Shown in pieces: positions 56,526 through 60,464 of a stretch of 60,464 nt of DNA (the stretch's first letter is position 1; the number at the start of each line of letters is the position of its first letter). A program made the position numbers and the translations under genes. This stretch comes from Eubacteriales bacterium (GTDB lineage Bacteria > Bacillota > Clostridia > Oscillospirales > CAG-272): assembly GCA_045593725.1 (NCBI GenBank), contig JAZNXE010000011.1:1-60464 (forward strand), read 5' to 3'. The notes below the pieces were generated by a model that saw only the letters and a list, made by a program, of their open reading frames with translations, was not told the DNA's origin and did no database searches.

Positions 56526-59500
56526 ATGCTGAAATACAGCAATAAGATAACTAAACTAACAGACAGCCAGAAGATACGTATCCTCAGCGGAGTGGGTAGC
56601 ATTTCGGGAAAGGATATGAAAAATCTCGGTATTCCTACGCTTGCCGTCGGCAATATGAAGAATTACGGCAGAAGCATATATCCTCATACGACCTCGATAT
56701 GTCATTCGTGGAACACGGGGCTTTGGAGTGACGTTGCGAAGGCTAAGGTGAAAATGATGGCAAATGAGGGCATCGGCTTTGCCATAGCCCCCGGTGCTAA
56801 GATCAAGCTTTCTCCCTACCGCAAGGAAACCACAGAAGATCCATACCTCGCGTCCCTTCTTTCGGGCGCTTATATGAAGGCGGCGACTGACGCGGGAATG
56901 AGAAGCGGAGCATCTGGATATTACCTTACAGAGGCAGATGTTCGGTGGCTTGACGCATCTCCAAACAATAGAATACTGAACGAATATTTTGCTATGCCGT
57001 ATGCGTACGCTTCCGAAATATCGTCATCGTCCTGTGTTGTCACAGACAACAGAACACCGAACTATGCGTATGCCGACAGTTGTGAGCAGATAAGGAGCTT
57101 TATATCGGGCAATACCGAGTTTTTCGTTTGCGAAAAGGCGACCGAAGATAGTACGGTAAAGCTTGTTTCAGAAGGTGTTATATGCCTTGAGGGCTCCGCA
57201 AACGCATTAAGTGCGGCGCTTACCAGATACAGAAAGCTGAAAAAGCTTATGGAAGAGGGAAGGGACGTTACTCTTTTACAGCTTGAAGAGGAAGTGAAAA
57301 ACGGAACGGCAATTTCCGACGAGGCTGTAGACGAGGCGCTCGATCGCGCCTTGGATTTCCTCTTTTCCTGCGCGGGAGAATTGAGAGTGCAGTCACTTAC
57401 CGAGGAAGATGAAAACGCGCTGGCGCTCAAAGCCACGCTTGAGTCCACCGTGCTTTTGAAAAATAAGGGCTCATTGCTTCCTTTGCCAAAGAGTAAGAGT
57501 ATATTTATCATAGACGCATACTCGCCGAGAGAGGATGAGAATACCTTTGTCGGAGAGTGCAAGAAATTTTTCGAGGCAAGGGGATATTCTGTAAGCGCGG
57601 AAAAGGTGCAGATTTTTGACGACACTGACAGTAAGCACAGAATAGACAGACTGGTGTCATCTGTAAGCAAAGGCGATGTGATTTTGCTGCTTCTCGGCGC
57701 TGGACACGGCGCGGAGCGTCAGATACATCTTTCCGAAAAACTTACACTGCCACCTAATCAGCTTTACCTTGCAAATAAATTTGAGAACACCGAACGAAAG
57801 GTAATCTCGGTCATTTTTTCCGAGCACGCCACAGATGTTGATTTTACCAGAAGCTTTGACAGCGTTATATACGCTCCGTTGCCCGTAAAATACAGCGCAC
57901 AGGCACTTGCCGATATCGTTTCGGGCAAATACAATCCCACAGGACGCCTTGCATACACCCTTTATGCGGGGAGCGAGATGTCATTAAAAAAAGGAGCTGC
58001 CTACATTCAGAATTACCGAATGAAAACAGGTCCGTTTATCGGGTACAGATATTACGATATGGCGGGCTTGAGGGTCGGATATCCCTTTGGACACGGACTT
58101 TCATATACCGAGTTTTTGTACTCGGATATATCCGTTGACGATGATACGGTATCGTTTACCGTAAAAAATTGCGGCAGAGAAATAGGAAGTGAGGTGGCGC
58201 AGATATACGTCGGCATGGACGGCTCTGCAGTGCTTCGTCCCAAGAAGGAGCTTTGCGGCTTTGTAAAAATAAGGCTAAAGCCCATGGAAGAGAAGCGTAT
58301 TTCTATAAGAATAAGACTTCCAAAGGTATTCTGTGATGGCGGAGCTTTGCTTGAAAAGGGAAAATACATCGTCTACGTGGGAGCTTCGGTGTCGGATATC
58401 AGACTGAGAAGCACCTATCTTGCAGGCGATGCTGTGCTTGAGAAAAACGAAGAGCGATTGTCAGACTATTTGCAATCACACTCAAATATTTTAAACGACA
58501 ATTACACGTTGGAGGCAAATTACGGCGTTATGAAAAAGGGAATTACAAATATAATTACGGGAGGAATTGCTCTCGTTCTGTCGATAGTATTGGCTGTCTT
58601 TAATATTACCACGCATCTGGGCTCACTTGTATTGGGTATTGTTTCGGGAGTGCTCGCACTCTGCGCTATAGTGCTGCTTATCGTGGAGATATTTCAGAGA
58701 AGCCGCGCTCACGCAGATGAGCGTGAGAGAATAAGGCAGGAAAACCAAGAACATTTTGCGGATGCGGAGCAGATCCCCGTTCTTTCCACCGATAAAATGT
58801 TTGAGGATCAGTTTGATACCGTCAAGGAAGAAAATACATACTTTGATCAGGTAGTTGAGTTCAACAGTAAGGTTGATTATTCCGAATATATAGACGACCA
58901 GTTCCGTATAAGCGACGCGGCATCCGAATTTAAGCGCTTTGCGTTTGAGCGCGGATATAAGCTTGATCGCGGAGTTGCTGAAAACCTCTTTGCGTCACTC
59001 AGCGTTTCGAAGATGTTGGTGCTTAACGGCACATCTGCCGATGACTTTAATTCTCTTGTGCTGTTGCTTTCCGAATATTTCGGATGCGCTGTCTGCCTTG
59101 ACAATTCTGCTGATCTCCACGAGAATGCCGAGAATGTCTTCCACGGCTACGATTCCGAGGGATACGGAGTAAAGAAGAATATATTTAAGGCACTCGAAAA
59201 TGCCGCAAGCATGCCTGATAAGGTACATATTTCGGCCATAGACGATATCACTGCGGACAACGCGGGTGATTGGATAGTACCTCTTATGAGATACCTGAGA
59301 TCCTACAAGAGAAGAAACGAGATCGTTATGCCCGACGAAACTGGAAAGAACGTAGGATACACTATTGGTAACAACCTCTGGATAATGATAAGACTTGCGG
59401 ACACTCAGACCGCGGACAGCCTGCCCGTAGATATTCTCAAGTGCGCGTCAGTCATAAACCTTTCCTTCGTCAAGTGCCAGGTAATGGACGATCAGATACC

Positions 59501-60008
59501 CTCTCACGGCTTTACCTCATACCAGATGGAACATATGAAGGGTCAGGTTGCGGGTAAATACGAGGTTTCCGAAGAAATATGGAAGAAGATAGACAAGATC
59601 GAGAAGTACGCCAAGGGATATTCGAATTATACCATCGGCAACAAGCTGTGGCTTGACGTAGAAAAGCATATGGAGATACTGCTTGCCTGTGGAGTTGAGG
59701 TTGATGAAGCTATCGATGCGGCTTTGGCTATAAGAGTGCTGCCATCCATAACAGCATCACTTAAGGATAAGCTGACCAAAGAGGATAAGACGGTCTTGCA
59801 GACGGTGGAATTTGTTTTCGGCGTTGACGCCAATATGCAGTATATAAAGGCGTATATCGACAGCCTTACGGTGAAGCAACCCATAATCGAGAGCGTTGAG
59901 CCCGAAGCTGTAGAAGAGGTTACCGAAGCGATAGCAGAAGAGCCCAAAGAGGGGCTTGCGGAAGATAGTGTAAGTGAGTCCTCGGACGAACAAAAAACAG
60001 AGCAATAA
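56526..60008 (+). CDS. Fusion: GH3 beta-glucosidase-like (N, C and Fn3 domains) + two TMs + degenerate McrB-like AAA+ domain
   Basis: LGIP, SWN, APG, TEDPYL, ESTVLLKN, NPTGRL, FIGYRYYD, YPFGHGLSYTEF, EVAQIY, RPKKELCGF.K, VGAS; TM hairpin about 58545-58695; C-terminal FASLSVSKMLVLNG, IDDI, IGNK, AIDAALAIRVLP. Confidence 0.8.
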   Translation: MLKYSNKITKLTDSQKIRILSGVGSISGKDMKNLGIPTLAVGNMKNYGRSIYPHTTSICHSWNTGLWSDVAKAKVKMMANEGIGFAIAPGAKIKLSPYRKETTEDPYLASLLSGAYMKAATDAGMRSGASGYYLTEADVRWLDASPNNRILNEYFAMPYAYASEISSSSCVVTDNRTPNYAYADSCEQIRSFISGNTEFFVCEKATEDSTVKLVSEGVICLEGSANALSAALTRYRKLKKLMEEGRDVTLLQLEEEVKNGTAISDEAVDEALDRALDFLFSCAGELRVQSLTEEDENALALKATLESTVLLKNKGSLLPLPKSKSIFIIDAYSPREDENTFVGECKKFFEARGYSVSAEKVQIFDDTDSKHRIDRLVSSVSKGDVILLLLGAGHGAERQIHLSEKLTLPPNQLYLANKFENTERKVISVIFSEHATDVDFTRSFDSVIYAPLPVKYSAQALADIVSGKYNPTGRLAYTLYAGSEMSLKKGAAYIQNYRMKTGPFIGYRYYDMAGLRVGYPFGHGLSYTEFLYSDISVDDDTVSFTVKNCGREIGSEVAQIYVGMDGSAVLRPKKELCGFVKIRLKPMEEKRISIRIRLPKVFCDGGALLEKGKYIVYVGASVSDIRLRSTYLAGDAVLEKNEERLSDYLQSHSNILNDNYTLEANYGVMKKGITNIITGGIALVLSIVLAVFNITTHLGSLVLGIVSGVLALCAIVLLIVEIFQRSRAHADERERIRQENQEHFADAEQIPVLSTDKMFEDQFDTVKEENTYFDQVVEFNSKVDYSEYIDDQFRISDAASEFKRFAFERGYKLDRGVAENLFASLSVSKMLVLNGTSADDFNSLVLLLSEYFGCAVCLDNSADLHENAENVFHGYDSEGYGVKKNIFKALENAASMPDKVHISAIDDITADNAGDWIVPLMRYLRSYKRRNEIVMPDETGKNVGYTIGNNLWIMIRLADTQTADSLPVDILKCASVINLSFVKCQVMDDQIPSHGFTSYQMEHMKGQVAGKYEVSEEIWKKIDKIEKYAKGYSNYTIGNKLWLDVEKHMEILLACGVEVDEAIDAALAIRVLPSITASLKDKLTKEDKTVLQTVEFVFGVDANMQYIKAYIDSLTVKQPIIESVEPEAVEEVTEAIAEEPKEGLAEDSVSESSDEQKTEQ

Positions 60009-60020
60009 GGAGCGCTTATT

Positions 60021-60464
60021 ATGAATTACGGTGTTTGTTCCGTATTTGCAAATTTACCAACTCTTTTAACGTCAAAGATCGCCATCATAGTTTACGTGGC
60101 GGTGATACTTGTTTCTATAATTGCTATTATGCTGATACTTTTAACAAAGGAGTCGGAGAAGAATAGCGGTGAAGTAAAAATAATCGGAAAGGTCAATGCT
60201 ACAGCCGTAGGTACGCCCGCTTGTGACGAGGATGTGGAAGAAGGCGACGCACAAAGGTTTTGTATGCTGAGCGAGATAGAGAGCAGGAAGGAAAGCTACT
60301 CGGGGAAGAGATACGATAAGGATATAACACTTGAGAGCTTTTGTAAGGATTTTCGCGATTACGCGGCAAGCAGACTGAAGCTCTACTACGATATAGCGGA
60401 TATACGTCGCTTTGTGGCGGGACTGGGACTTTCACACATAATCATATTACAGGGAATGTCGGGA
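60021..60464 (+). CDS. Membrane-anchored McrB-like AAA+ NTPase, truncated by the window edge (not in ORF track)
   Basis: Hand translation: N-terminal TM (IAIIVYVAVILVSIIAIMLILL), then FCKDFRDYAASRLKLYY...IRRFVAGLGLSHIIILQGMSG, the start of a Walker A; RBS AAGGAG. Confidence 0.72.
   Translation, partial: MNYGVCSVFANLPTLLTSKIAIIVYVAVILVSIIAIMLILLTKESEKNSGEVKIIGKVNATAVGTPACDEDVEEGDAQRFCMLSEIESRKESYSGKRYDKDITLESFCKDFRDYAASRLKLYYDIADIRRFVAGLGLSHIIILQGMSG

Noticed and set aside
1-60464. CRISPR arrays, tRNA/rRNA genes, transposases, integrases, prophage genes
   Set aside because: None recognised by eye in intergenic regions or in the ORF track

Overview
Chromosomal window from a spore-forming, anaerobic Clostridia-like bacterium (spoIIAA-AB-sigF, T-box riboswitches, SCIFF ranthipeptide, sigma-A promoters). 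From left to right: (1) 0.6-8.1 kb, an accessory block with a LytS-type kinase, a REC-wHTH regulator and a four-gene SipW-type signal peptidase / fibre-subunit operon, ending at a stranded 3' fragment of a reverse rubrerythrin gene; (2) 9.5-23.2 kb, two divergent T-box operons (predicted Leu and Ile specifiers) encoding a catalytically degenerate LeuA, three unusual acyl-CoA ligase fusions, a four-subunit 2-oxoacid:ferredoxin oxidoreductase and IlvE, which together look like a dedicated pathway for making branched-chain amino acids from branched-chain fatty acids; (3) 23.7-38.3 kb, a dcw cluster lacking ftsA and murD but with two tandem ftsZ paralogs; (4) 38-53 kb, SCIFF peptide and maturase, tRNA modification genes, ferredoxin, spoIIA, pgk-tpiA, an ORF-less promoter-to-terminator unit with repeated minigenes, rubrerythrin-trxA-trxB and czcD-sczA; (5) 53.6 kb to the end, an uncharacterised membrane operon with a GH3-like domain fused via two TM helices to a degenerate McrB-like AAA+ domain, followed by a membrane-anchored McrB-like AAA+ gene cut by the window edge. 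All calls come from reading motifs by eye; no searches were run.
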